64,000 nucleotides of DNA, taken from an uncultured Pseudomonadales bacterium. Its GTDB lineage: Bacteria; Patescibacteriota; Microgenomatia; UBA1400; PJMF01. A program made the position numbers and the translations under genes. The stretch is taken from assembly GCA_964457085.1 (NCBI GenBank), contig CAYWDM010000002.1:3816-67815 (forward strand). The letters are read 5' to 3'. The notes below the pieces were generated by a model. It was not told where the DNA came from, did not search any database, and saw only the letters and a list, made by a program, of their open reading frames with translations. Positions 1 to 8,824 of this stretch are shown here, piece after piece (position 1 is the first letter of the stretch; every line of letters starts with the position of its first letter).

Positions 1-482
1 CTGTTAAACAGTTGTATTTGTATAACTTCCAGCCGCTGCTGGTTAGCAAATCAATTGATTTGAATTTTAGAGACCATAGTGTTAAAGGAATTGTGACGGC
101 AATCAATCAACTAAGTGAAGAAAAGAAATATAAAAAATTAGACGTAAAAATGACCAGCATATTTCCATGGGCAGCAGCTAGTTATAAGGTTGGGCTTTTT
201 GCCATCAATCCCCAGGGCCAGAGGACAGCTGAAATTCTTAAGTTGCAAATATCTCCTCATGTTTCTCGAGTGTTTTCAGATAGACGTGGTGAAATGATAT
301 CAGTTGTTAATCAAGACTATAGAGATGTATACGCAACTGTGTCAGTGTTATCCTATAAAACTGGAGATGTTTGGTATCGTGTTGATGGTGCACAATTAAA
401 GGTTGGGGATACTATTTGGCTGCATTTTCCAGAGACTACCATGAAAGATGCTCAGATACTTAAAGTGTATCAAGAAGACTGA
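1..482 (+). CDS. Hypothetical protein, 5'-truncated at the window edge. The listed start at 12 is a TTG, and the frame stays open to position 3.
   Basis: The ORF 12..482 has an open upstream frame (codons gtt-aaa-cag, no stop) and no recognisable motifs. Confidence 0.35.
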   Translation, partial: VKQLYLYNFQPLLVSKSIDLNFRDHSVKGIVTAINQLSEEKKYKKLDVKMTSIFPWAAASYKVGLFAINPQGQRTAEILKLQISPHVSRVFSDRRGEMISVVNQDYRDVYATVSVLSYKTGDVWYRVDGAQLKVGDTIWLHFPETTMKDAQILKVYQED

Positions 483-1671
483 GGAGTTTTTTTTCTGATT
501 CGATTGCAGTTTGCAGGTATTTTTTATAATACTCCTGGGCCATCTTTTGCTGTTTTTTAAGATTTTTTAAATCAGATAAATATTCAATCGCTGATTGGTA
601 TTCTAAAACGGTTGATGCAACGATCCAAGGATTTTGTATTTCGGGAAATTCAGGTAATCCAAATACGCCGATTGGTGAGGTAATTATTGCTTTAGCGTAT
701 TTTAAAGCCTCAAGTGCTTTAATTCGAATGCCTCCACCGATTGAAAAGGGCAGGATAACAGCAGTTGCTTGTTGATAATACGCATCAAGACTGTCTTGTT
801 TGTCATGAAATATAATTTTCTTTGAATTTGGTAGAAATATTTTCATGGATTTAAAGTCGTGGTGTGTGCCAAGGTTGCCAATAACATCAAGTGTCAATTT
901 TGGATACCGAGTGGTAATTTCCGGCCAGTTTTCTGTAAAAAATGTGTGCAGTGCGTTAGCATTTGGAAGCCAGTTAAGATTGCCAATGAATAGTAATGAA
1001 AATACTTTGCTTTGCTTGGTTTTTTTGTGAACAGCTGGGCCAATATTTGGCAGCACTGTGATTGTTTTTGCGGTGTCAGATAATCTCAGTATTGATTTTT
1101 GGTCATTATTTGAGATGGCAATCACGAGATCGGCATGTTTAAAGTATTGTTTTTCAATTCTCTTAACTAGATATGCTTCCGCCAACCAAATGAGAAAATG
1201 CCAGTGACCAACTTTCGGTGAAATGGTAAAAAAGTCATATAGTAGTTGCCACTCAATATTGTGTTCTTCAATAATAAGCTTCAGATTACTGGCGGTAGGG
1301 AAATATGGGGCAAATCTGAGTGGCGAAACTACAAGGAACTCTGGCTTTATTTTTTTAATGGCTGCTGCAATTTTTATCGCAAGTTCTGGTGATTGGTATG
1401 CTGCAACATGATGAGGAGTACATCTGAGGTATGTTTTTACTAGCCACCAAAGTCTTTTTTTAATGGGTAGATCAATATTAGGAATGAAAACACCTTCGGA
1501 ACTTACATTTTTTGGCAGTATTTGAGGGATGATTTTTCGAACATGAGACACATAGATAATGTGAACTTTTGCAATTTTCGCAAGCAACTCAATTGTTCGA
1601 TGAGATTTAATAGCCGCACCCAAGGTTTTATCAAATGGGTTGTCTTCTGTGAGATATACAATAGATTTCAT
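460..1671 (-). CDS. Glycosyltransferase family 1 (GT4-like, GT-B fold)
   Basis: 403 aa with an ATG start. The C-terminal Rossmann half carries the GT1-type motif (..EALKYAKAIITSPIGVFGLPE..). The N-terminus MKSIVYLTED is typical of GT4. Confidence 0.65.
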   Translation of the reverse strand: MKSIVYLTEDNPFDKTLGAAIKSHRTIELLAKIAKVHIIYVSHVRKIIPQILPKNVSSEGVFIPNIDLPIKKRLWWLVKTYLRCTPHHVAAYQSPELAIKIAAAIKKIKPEFLVVSPLRFAPYFPTASNLKLIIEEHNIEWQLLYDFFTISPKVGHWHFLIWLAEAYLVKRIEKQYFKHADLVIAISNNDQKSILRLSDTAKTITVLPNIGPAVHKKTKQSKVFSLLFIGNLNWLPNANALHTFFTENWPEITTRYPKLTLDVIGNLGTHHDFKSMKIFLPNSKKIIFHDKQDSLDAYYQQATAVILPFSIGGGIRIKALEALKYAKAIITSPIGVFGLPEFPEIQNPWIVASTVLEYQSAIEYLSDLKNLKKQQKMAQEYYKKYLQTAIESEKKLLSLLDTL

Positions 1672-2596
1672 GGCTGTACGACCAACTGTGGTGATTGTAA
1701 CAAGGAACCGAGCAAGTTATTTAACAAAATGCTTGGAGAGTTTGTCGCGACAACGGCTAATTCCAAGCGAAATCATTGTCATTGATAATGATTCTTACGA
1801 CCAGACATCTGGGGTGATTTCTATTTTTTGCAAAAAAGGCTTGCAAATAAGGAGGGTTCTAGAAAAAAAGATTGGATATCCAATGGTATACAATCGTGGC
1901 CTCAGTGAAGCCAGATCAAGCTGGGTAGCGTTTATTGATGATGATTGTGTGGCAGATAAAACTTGGTATTCAAGTATCTGTGCCGCTATTCAAAAAAGAA
2001 AATGTGCAGCAATTATTGGCACCTGTCTAACAATCGACACAAATTCTATTTACTCGTTAGCCACATGGAGTTTTGATCAAATCTGGAAAAAAGCTGCAAT
2101 TGACTCCACTGATCAAATTAGTGACTTAGAGATTTTAGATAATAAAAATATTGCTTACAACTTGGATTTTTTAAAAAAAAATCGAATTAAATTTAATGAA
2201 AAGCCAATTGAGACAGGAGAAAGTGGTGCAGCAGAGGACGCAGATCTTGGATTACAGATAGCAGCAGTTGGAGGCATTGCTTGGTTTGAACCAAAAATCA
2301 TAGTTGCTCATCATGATCCTACAAATTTCTTGTGGTATCTTAAAAAAATTGCCTCATCAACAGTAGCGGTACAGTCTTTAAACCTCAGATGGAAAGATAA
2401 TAGGGCATATACCTATCAAACTATTGAAACGCCGAGAAAAAGGTTACTGTCACAATTTTTTCAGACTGCACAGGAATATCATTTGTCATTCATTCGATCA
2501 ATAGCTTTGGCATTGATTTTGCTGATTGGAATTTCTTGTCATAAAATAATTGTTGTCTGTTTGAAAATTAAAAAATATTTTGGGAAGCAATCGTGA
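1670..2596 (+). CDS. Glycosyltransferase family 2 (GT-A)
   Basis: Begins MAVRPTVVIVTRNRASYLTKCLESL and carries a DxD motif (AFIDDDCVADK). The ATG at 1670 overlaps the divergent ATG of the neighbouring minus-strand gene by 2 nt. The listed TTG at 1640 would overlap that gene by 32 nt. Confidence 0.65.
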   Translation: MAVRPTVVIVTRNRASYLTKCLESLSRQRLIPSEIIVIDNDSYDQTSGVISIFCKKGLQIRRVLEKKIGYPMVYNRGLSEARSSWVAFIDDDCVADKTWYSSICAAIQKRKCAAIIGTCLTIDTNSIYSLATWSFDQIWKKAAIDSTDQISDLEILDNKNIAYNLDFLKKNRIKFNEKPIETGESGAAEDADLGLQIAAVGGIAWFEPKIIVAHHDPTNFLWYLKKIASSTVAVQSLNLRWKDNRAYTYQTIETPRKRLLSQFFQTAQEYHLSFIRSIALALILLIGISCHKIIVVCLKIKKYFGKQS

Positions 2597-3639
2597 AATT
2601 GGGACTTATTGGTTATGGTTATTGGGGAAAGATTTTATTGCAAAATTTGCCAAGCAATTGTTGCATCGAGGAAGTTTTCATTGTTGATGAGAGTTCGAAA
2701 CAAAATACAGGTATTGATTCACAACAAATACTTAAATTAAAAAAAATTAAAACTACATTCGTGACTCTAACAGAATTATTAAGTAAGAAAATAGCAGCAG
2801 CGATGATTGCTACTCCAGAAGATACTCATGCTCAGGTAGCTGCACTATGTCTCAAAAAAAGCATTTCATGTTTTGTTGAAAAACCTTTAGCTACACGATC
2901 TACAGATTATCTTAAATTGATGCACTTGGCAAAAAACAACAACTGTTCAATCACGGTTGATGAAGTCTTTTGGTACGACGAGCATTTTCAATTTTTTTTA
3001 ACAAAAGTATTTGAAAATTTCGTCGAGTCGCCAACTAATATCATTACTATTCGTTCAGCTGTGATGCAAAGAGAAAAAACTGTAGGAGTTGTGACAGACA
3101 TTTGGCCTCATGATCTCTATTTATTTAGGTTGGCATTTGGTAAGCACCCACGTACTTCATCAGTCATCTTATCTGTTCAAAAAACCAGATCTGCAACTCC
3201 AAAAAGACATACTATAGCTTCGACTGTGACCATTAGTGGGGAGCTTGAAAACTGTGATAATAAATATACTGCGGCCAGTAAGTATTTATATTCTCATCAA
3301 TGGAATGACAGCAAAATTGCACTTCACACATTACTGAGCTGGGATGGAAATGAAAAACATAGAGAATTAATTTGTTTGGATTCAGTTTCAAAAAAAAGTC
3401 TAAATTGGGTAACATCTGGTCAGGAAAATGAAAGCTATATTAGCGTTTGGGAAAACAATAAAATGACTCGGAAACAGTATTTGCTGCCTCAAAAGACATC
3501 TCCGGTCTCAGCGATGCTCGGACAGTGGCTAAAAAAGTTAATCGATCAGCCATCTCTTAATCAGGAAGATATTTTTGTTGATGGAAAAATACTTTGTGGG
3601 ATTACATCACTTGCTCAGTATAAAAACACCAAGCTCTGA
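2593..3639 (+). CDS. Gfo/Idh/MocA-family NAD(P)-dependent oxidoreductase (sugar dehydrogenase-like)
   Basis: N-terminal Rossmann motif MKLGLIGYGYWGKILL (GxGxxG) and an ~350 aa length typical of the family. GTG start. Confidence 0.55.
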   Translation: MKLGLIGYGYWGKILLQNLPSNCCIEEVFIVDESSKQNTGIDSQQILKLKKIKTTFVTLTELLSKKIAAAMIATPEDTHAQVAALCLKKSISCFVEKPLATRSTDYLKLMHLAKNNNCSITVDEVFWYDEHFQFFLTKVFENFVESPTNIITIRSAVMQREKTVGVVTDIWPHDLYLFRLAFGKHPRTSSVILSVQKTRSATPKRHTIASTVTISGELENCDNKYTAASKYLYSHQWNDSKIALHTLLSWDGNEKHRELICLDSVSKKSLNWVTSGQENESYISVWENNKMTRKQYLLPQKTSPVSAMLGQWLKKLIDQPSLNQEDIFVDGKILCGITSLAQYKNTKL

Positions 3640-6405
3640 ATTTTTTGCTAAATCGTATTTAGCGTTGGCAAACACGGCACTAGTCAATCCAGTTTTTGTA
3701 TCAAACCACAACGCATTTTTTGTTGGGATGAGTCCAATACTTTTAAGTTGCATAGAGGTCAGGCTACCCACAGAGGATTTGGTTGGATAAAACAGTAGCT
3801 GAGTGTCAGTCTCAATTACCAGCCAAGCAATTTCTCCAAATTCGTCTCTAATTTGCAGAAATTTTTTAATCTGTACTATATGATTGTCGACAAACTCACG
3901 CAATATTTTGACTGATTTTCTTTCCAGTGGGCCGAGGTAAATATTCGCTGAGTGGTCATGGTAATACACTGGCGCTGGTTGGTCCCACCAGATTATTGGA
4001 CTCTTCAAAAAAACACTCAACCAATTGCGATGCGAAAATCTTCCAACTGACTCAGCATCCCAACTAGCTCCACTGTTTCCAATTTCACTAATGGCAGTTG
4101 GTTTGTGCCATTTTTGATTATTAAGTATCAATATTCCAAAACGGTTAAATATGTCATCCAGAGTTTCACTACCGTAGTAATGCAAATTGGTGATATCGAT
4201 ACTATCGTGATCCGGTCTTTGCCAAGTAATTGTAATTGGATGATGGTAGGGATCTCTTTGTTTTATATATTCACTTACTTGTTCAATCCACTCATTTGAT
4301 GGACTTGCTTCATTAGCGAGCTCCCAAACATCAATTAAAGAGCTATATCTATTCATTACGTAGTCAAGGTATCTGCCGATTCCTGATTCAGGAGTGATCT
4401 TTGAATTGTGAGTAAATAGTTCAAAGCCAAAAATACCAAAAAATACCTTCATATTATTTTTATTTGAAATTTTTAGAATTTCATCAACGGCAAAACTAGT
4501 TTGCAAATTTGGAATAAACGTTTTGTCAGTTAGGCAGTTGGCAATACGGAAGTTAGCGTTGTCCAAGCTGAGTCTAAATACATTAAACCCAGACTGAGAC
4601 ATTGATTCGAAGTAGCTTGCTGCTGATTGGTAATCAGTTTCTGAATTGATTTTTGACACAGGAATGTTTGATTTTGATGATTGCCAGTTATCTAGCCAGT
4701 CACCATCAAAATTATCATCATTTATGGATGATTGGATTCCCACACCTATGAATGGTTTTTTACCAAGATACCAATTTTCTTGCTCAATGGTTAGGAATGG
4801 TTTAATTGTAGATACAAAGAAACTACCAGAAAATTCATTTTCTCCATGATTATTTTTTAGTTTCCAAAACCAAAGTCCTAATCGATTGGGTGAAAATCTA
4901 AATTGATATTCATCGGTTTTTGTTTGATATCCATTCACATGATTTAATTCATTATTATTTTGCCAAAATTGAACACTTGTATTTGTCAACTCAGAACCTC
5001 GTAGAGTTAGTTCTATTACATCCGAAACTGAAGTAGATACTGTTTTAGCTTGATCATTAGCTGATAGCGTTAATTTCATCAGATTATCGCTATTTGATTT
5101 AGTTGCCTGCAGCAAGGATTGTTTACTGAAGTCGTCTGAAGTTGGACAGTAATGTTGTAGTGAAATTGGTTTTTGCGCTTGCAAATAATTTTGAGTGAAT
5201 GAAATTGGAGCTAATGGCCATGTCCTTAGAGGCTGATTACTTGCTAATTGAGTTAGCATTCTACCGTCTTGAGATTTTGCAAAAATTTTTGAATCTGAAA
5301 TTATTAATGATCCTAAATCTAGTGATAGTTCTGGTGATTGCCAAATTTTATTTCCAGTTGAGGTATTAACGGCAGTAACTTTGTTATTGCCGATAAGATT
5401 GAAACTAATTACAAAAATGATATTAGGAAACTTAGGAAATACTAGACTTTTTTTGGGTTGCCCATTTAACTGTGTCGCCCAAAGTAACTCTCCAAATTCT
5501 GAAGATATGGCATTGATTTGTCCATCTAAGCATGAAGTTATTAAAGTTTTTTGAACGAGCAACAATGAGTTGCAATTGTTATCAATTTGTTTTTGCCATA
5601 TCACTGTTTGATTTTCTTTTGAAATTTTAGTGAGTATTGACTGATTAGCTGTTTTTTTAGAAATACTATATTCAACATTTTGTGGTGTTTCTAGTGAATT
5701 AACTAGCATTTCTGGGACAAATGTGTTTGTCACTTTTGCACCGTCAGTTGCGTTGAAAATGTTCCCAACAGTAAGCAATGATTTACTGTGGCATTCACCA
5801 GTAATTTTTTTGCAAGTTAAAATTTTCTGGTGCTTCTCAGATTCTAAATATACATTTTCATCATCTACATAAAGGGTCACTTCACCTTTTGAAGTTGCAC
5901 TGTATTTTTTATCAAAAAGTAAGTTGCTATCTTTTGACCAAAGTAGTGATCCAGAATTGCCATTTATTACATATATGACATTTTTTCTATCTGTAAAAAT
6001 GATTAAATTGTCGTTTATGATCGGTAAATTGGGCTCTGTAAAACTTGGAACTTGAAAAGTCCAAATATTTTTCATTGATTTTTTATTAACCATTGTCAAG
6101 AATCCTTGAGAATTGGTTATAAGTAGTGAATTTTCTGTAAAACTAAGCGGAGCAAGTGAACTGTCTCCACCTACATACTGATAGCCAGTGACTTCACCAG
6201 TTCCTTGATCAAATTTCCAGAGCCCACCAATTTTATCGTTTGCAAAAATAGCATCACCATCTAGCGTGAACGAGGCAATTTCTTGGCCAATTTTCGTCGT
6301 CCAACCATCAAATTCTTGTGATTTTGACCGTGTTTGGGTCAAAAAAATAATCAAAAATAGGCTTATTACAACCCAAAAAACTAAAAGTGCTTTTTTTTGT
6401 ACCAT
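3607..6405 (-). CDS. Membrane-anchored PQQ-like beta-propeller protein fused to a glycoside hydrolase family 5-like (TIM-barrel) domain
   Basis: 932 aa with an N-terminal TM/signal segment (LLVFWVVISLFLIIFL). It has repeated '...G.LLW..' propeller blades (NGNSGSLLWSKD, GELLWATQLNG). The C-terminal domain carries the GH5-type catalytic acid motif WELANEAS and a nucleophile-like ISEIGNSG. Confidence 0.5.
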   Translation of the reverse strand: MVQKKALLVFWVVISLFLIIFLTQTRSKSQEFDGWTTKIGQEIASFTLDGDAIFANDKIGGLWKFDQGTGEVTGYQYVGGDSSLAPLSFTENSLLITNSQGFLTMVNKKSMKNIWTFQVPSFTEPNLPIINDNLIIFTDRKNVIYVINGNSGSLLWSKDSNLLFDKKYSATSKGEVTLYVDDENVYLESEKHQKILTCKKITGECHSKSLLTVGNIFNATDGAKVTNTFVPEMLVNSLETPQNVEYSISKKTANQSILTKISKENQTVIWQKQIDNNCNSLLLVQKTLITSCLDGQINAISSEFGELLWATQLNGQPKKSLVFPKFPNIIFVISFNLIGNNKVTAVNTSTGNKIWQSPELSLDLGSLIISDSKIFAKSQDGRMLTQLASNQPLRTWPLAPISFTQNYLQAQKPISLQHYCPTSDDFSKQSLLQATKSNSDNLMKLTLSANDQAKTVSTSVSDVIELTLRGSELTNTSVQFWQNNNELNHVNGYQTKTDEYQFRFSPNRLGLWFWKLKNNHGENEFSGSFFVSTIKPFLTIEQENWYLGKKPFIGVGIQSSINDDNFDGDWLDNWQSSKSNIPVSKINSETDYQSAASYFESMSQSGFNVFRLSLDNANFRIANCLTDKTFIPNLQTSFAVDEILKISNKNNMKVFFGIFGFELFTHNSKITPESGIGRYLDYVMNRYSSLIDVWELANEASPSNEWIEQVSEYIKQRDPYHHPITITWQRPDHDSIDITNLHYYGSETLDDIFNRFGILILNNQKWHKPTAISEIGNSGASWDAESVGRFSHRNWLSVFLKSPIIWWDQPAPVYYHDHSANIYLGPLERKSVKILREFVDNHIVQIKKFLQIRDEFGEIAWLVIETDTQLLFYPTKSSVGSLTSMQLKSIGLIPTKNALWFDTKTGLTSAVFANAKYDLAKNSELGVFILSK

Positions 6406-6468
6406 TTTTATTTTAATTTCAGAAACTAGATAAGAATCTTCAATTCAGTATGTTAAACTTACTGACGT

Positions 6469-7599
6469 ATGTCGATCATTCCCATTACTACCATATCAGC
6501 TCAACAGGAGATAGTGGAGAACCAATTGATTGATGCTATATCTGAGCTTATCCAGCAAATGAGGTATGTTGGAGATACTGCAGTTGTTGAGTTTGAAAAG
6601 CAATTTGCAGACTTTTGCAATACATCATTTGCAATTGCCACCAATTCGGGAACTACAGCGCTATATGCTGCGTTGAAAATTTTGAATTTAAAACCAAGTG
6701 ATGAGGTGATTACCACTCCAATGAGTTTTTGTGCTACTGCTGACTCGATCATACTGGCAGGCGGTCATCCAGTTTTTGCTGATATAGATGCTAAAACTGG
6801 AGCACTCAACCCCAAAGAAGTCATTAAAAGAATATCTAAAAAAACTCGCGCAATAGTAGTCGTTCATTTATACGGAGTACCCGCAAAAATGAATGAATTT
6901 AAAAAAATTGCAAAAAAATATAAATTATTGTTGATCGAAGACGCATCACACGCCCATGGATCTATGTATAAAGATCGTCCAGTTGGCAGTTGGGGTGATG
7001 TGGGTTGTTTCTCGCTGTATCCTTCGAAAATAATTGGGGCAGCAGGAAATGCGGGGATAGTTGTTACCAGTGATGCCAAGATTGCAGCTCAAGTGAGATC
7101 TTTTTGCCACCATGGTAGGGAAGCGAGCGCCACACAATTGACTGGAGATAGGTATTTGCATCAAATGGTCGGAATAAATGGCGGTATGGATGAAATATCT
7201 GCGACGACATTATTGTTAAAAATTCCACTATTGCCCCAATGGATTGTTAAAAGACAAGAGATTGCACAAAGATATAATGATCATCTCCAAGAAATAGGCG
7301 TAGTTGGAATGTATATTCCAAATGCTTTAACTAGTTTGTATACATTTGCCTTTAAAACAAAAAAAAGAGACCAGCTAGCTAAGTATCTGCAAGACGCAGG
7401 AATTGATGCTCGAATATATTATCCAACTGCATTGCATCTGCAACCTAGCTATACATTTCTTAAGTATAAAAAAGGTGATTTTCCAGTTGCAGAATCATGG
7501 GCATTAAAAACAGTTTCATTACCACTATATCAATCAATTTCAGAATTTGAAATTAATCAAATACTTAGCGCATTGACAGATTTTTTTCATAAAAAATAG
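6469..7599 (+). CDS. DegT/DnrJ/EryC1/StrS-family PLP-dependent sugar aminotransferase
   Basis: Contains NSGTTALYAALKILNL..DEVITTPMSFCATADSI..GGHPVFADID and the PLP-lysine region SLYPSKIIGAAGNAG. Length 376 aa. Confidence 0.75.
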   Translation: MSIIPITTISAQQEIVENQLIDAISELIQQMRYVGDTAVVEFEKQFADFCNTSFAIATNSGTTALYAALKILNLKPSDEVITTPMSFCATADSIILAGGHPVFADIDAKTGALNPKEVIKRISKKTRAIVVVHLYGVPAKMNEFKKIAKKYKLLLIEDASHAHGSMYKDRPVGSWGDVGCFSLYPSKIIGAAGNAGIVVTSDAKIAAQVRSFCHHGREASATQLTGDRYLHQMVGINGGMDEISATTLLLKIPLLPQWIVKRQEIAQRYNDHLQEIGVVGMYIPNALTSLYTFAFKTKKRDQLAKYLQDAGIDARIYYPTALHLQPSYTFLKYKKGDFPVAESWALKTVSLPLYQSISEFEINQILSALTDFFHKK

Positions 7600-7603
7600 A
7601 AAT

Positions 7604-8824
7604 ATGTCAAGGTTTTTATTTATCACTCAGCTCTATCCATCTGGACTTTCAGGCACTTCTGTAAAAACTAGAAAAACGATTGAGTATCTACTTTCTAATA
7701 AACATCATGTCGATGTAGTCTGTATTCATCACACCTCATTAGTTCGGCCGGGAAATTGGCAAGATTTACGACTTAGAATTTTTGTAATTGGCAAATCAGT
7801 GATGAGTAGTTTTTCAGTGAAATATTTTTTAAAAAATATTCCGTTGTTCTTTTCTCAAAATCCATTTCGAGTAAAAAAAATGTATTCCTCTAGACTTTTA
7901 GAGACTGTTTTTACCTTGTTTGAAAGCGAGACCTATGAACGAATTTTCTTTGATGGTTTCTCGATGTTGCAATATGCTGATCAATTACACTACTTTTTTA
8001 GTAAGCAAGAACCTAGTGAGTACTTGCACTCAAATTTTCAAAAAAAGCGATGGATTTATATTGATGATGAAGATATTACTGAACTAATGAGACAGCGCTC
8101 TGCCACTACGAATGACATATTGCTTAAAATGTTTTTCTGGACTGAGTATATTAAGTCACAATGGTATGAGCGAAAAGTATTAAAGTTTGTTAAGGAAATT
8201 TGGGCGATTAGTCCGCTAACTGCCAAGCGCTTAAGGAATGTTACGGCTGCAAAAGTGGTGGTAATGCCAACTCCAGTAGCTGACAGAAAATTTGCATTTA
8301 GAATCAAGAGCAGATCGATTATGTTTACAGGATTACTTAGTTGGTTAGAAAATACTGCTGGACTCGAATGGTTTTTGAATGAAGTGTGGCATCTTGTTTT
8401 ACAGAAATGTCCAGAAACAGAACTGTATGTTGTCGGCCAAATGGCAAAAGAGAAATTTATATCAAAGATAAATTCATTCCCCAATGTTGTCTATAAAGGC
8501 TATGTTCCTGACTTGGAAAAGTTGTACCAAAAATCGGCGGTGGCAATTGCACCAATTCTAATAAATTGTGGTATTAAAGTTAAAGTAGTGACCTATTTAA
8601 GTTACGGCTTGCCAGTGGTAAGTACTCAGGTTGCGGCTTGGGGTTTGAAGAAGTTGTGGGGAGTGCGGACTGCCGTTGCCGCAACTGATTATGCAGACGA
8701 GATAACTAGTTTATTAACTGATCACCAGTTTAGGTTGAGAACAGCAAAACTTGCGTATAAGAACGCTAAAAAACATCATGGAGAAGATGCACTCAAAGTT
8801 TTTTTTGAGAAAGTAGCACTATGA
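7604..8824 (+). CDS. Glycosyltransferase family 1
   Basis: 406 aa. The C-terminal GT-B half reads ..VAIAPILINCGIKVKVVTYLSYGLPVVST.. A GT-B N-terminal half is also present. Confidence 0.55.
   Translation: MSRFLFITQLYPSGLSGTSVKTRKTIEYLLSNKHHVDVVCIHHTSLVRPGNWQDLRLRIFVIGKSVMSSFSVKYFLKNIPLFFSQNPFRVKKMYSSRLLETVFTLFESETYERIFFDGFSMLQYADQLHYFFSKQEPSEYLHSNFQKKRWIYIDDEDITELMRQRSATTNDILLKMFFWTEYIKSQWYERKVLKFVKEIWAISPLTAKRLRNVTAAKVVVMPTPVADRKFAFRIKSRSIMFTGLLSWLENTAGLEWFLNEVWHLVLQKCPETELYVVGQMAKEKFISKINSFPNVVYKGYVPDLEKLYQKSAVAIAPILINCGIKVKVVTYLSYGLPVVSTQVAAWGLKKLWGVRTAVAATDYADEITSLLTDHQFRLRTAKLAYKNAKKHHGEDALKVFFEKVAL

Noticed and set aside
8056-8484. 142-aa ORF on the minus strand
   Set aside because: It is antisense and fully nested within the GT1 gene 7604-8824, and has no motifs.
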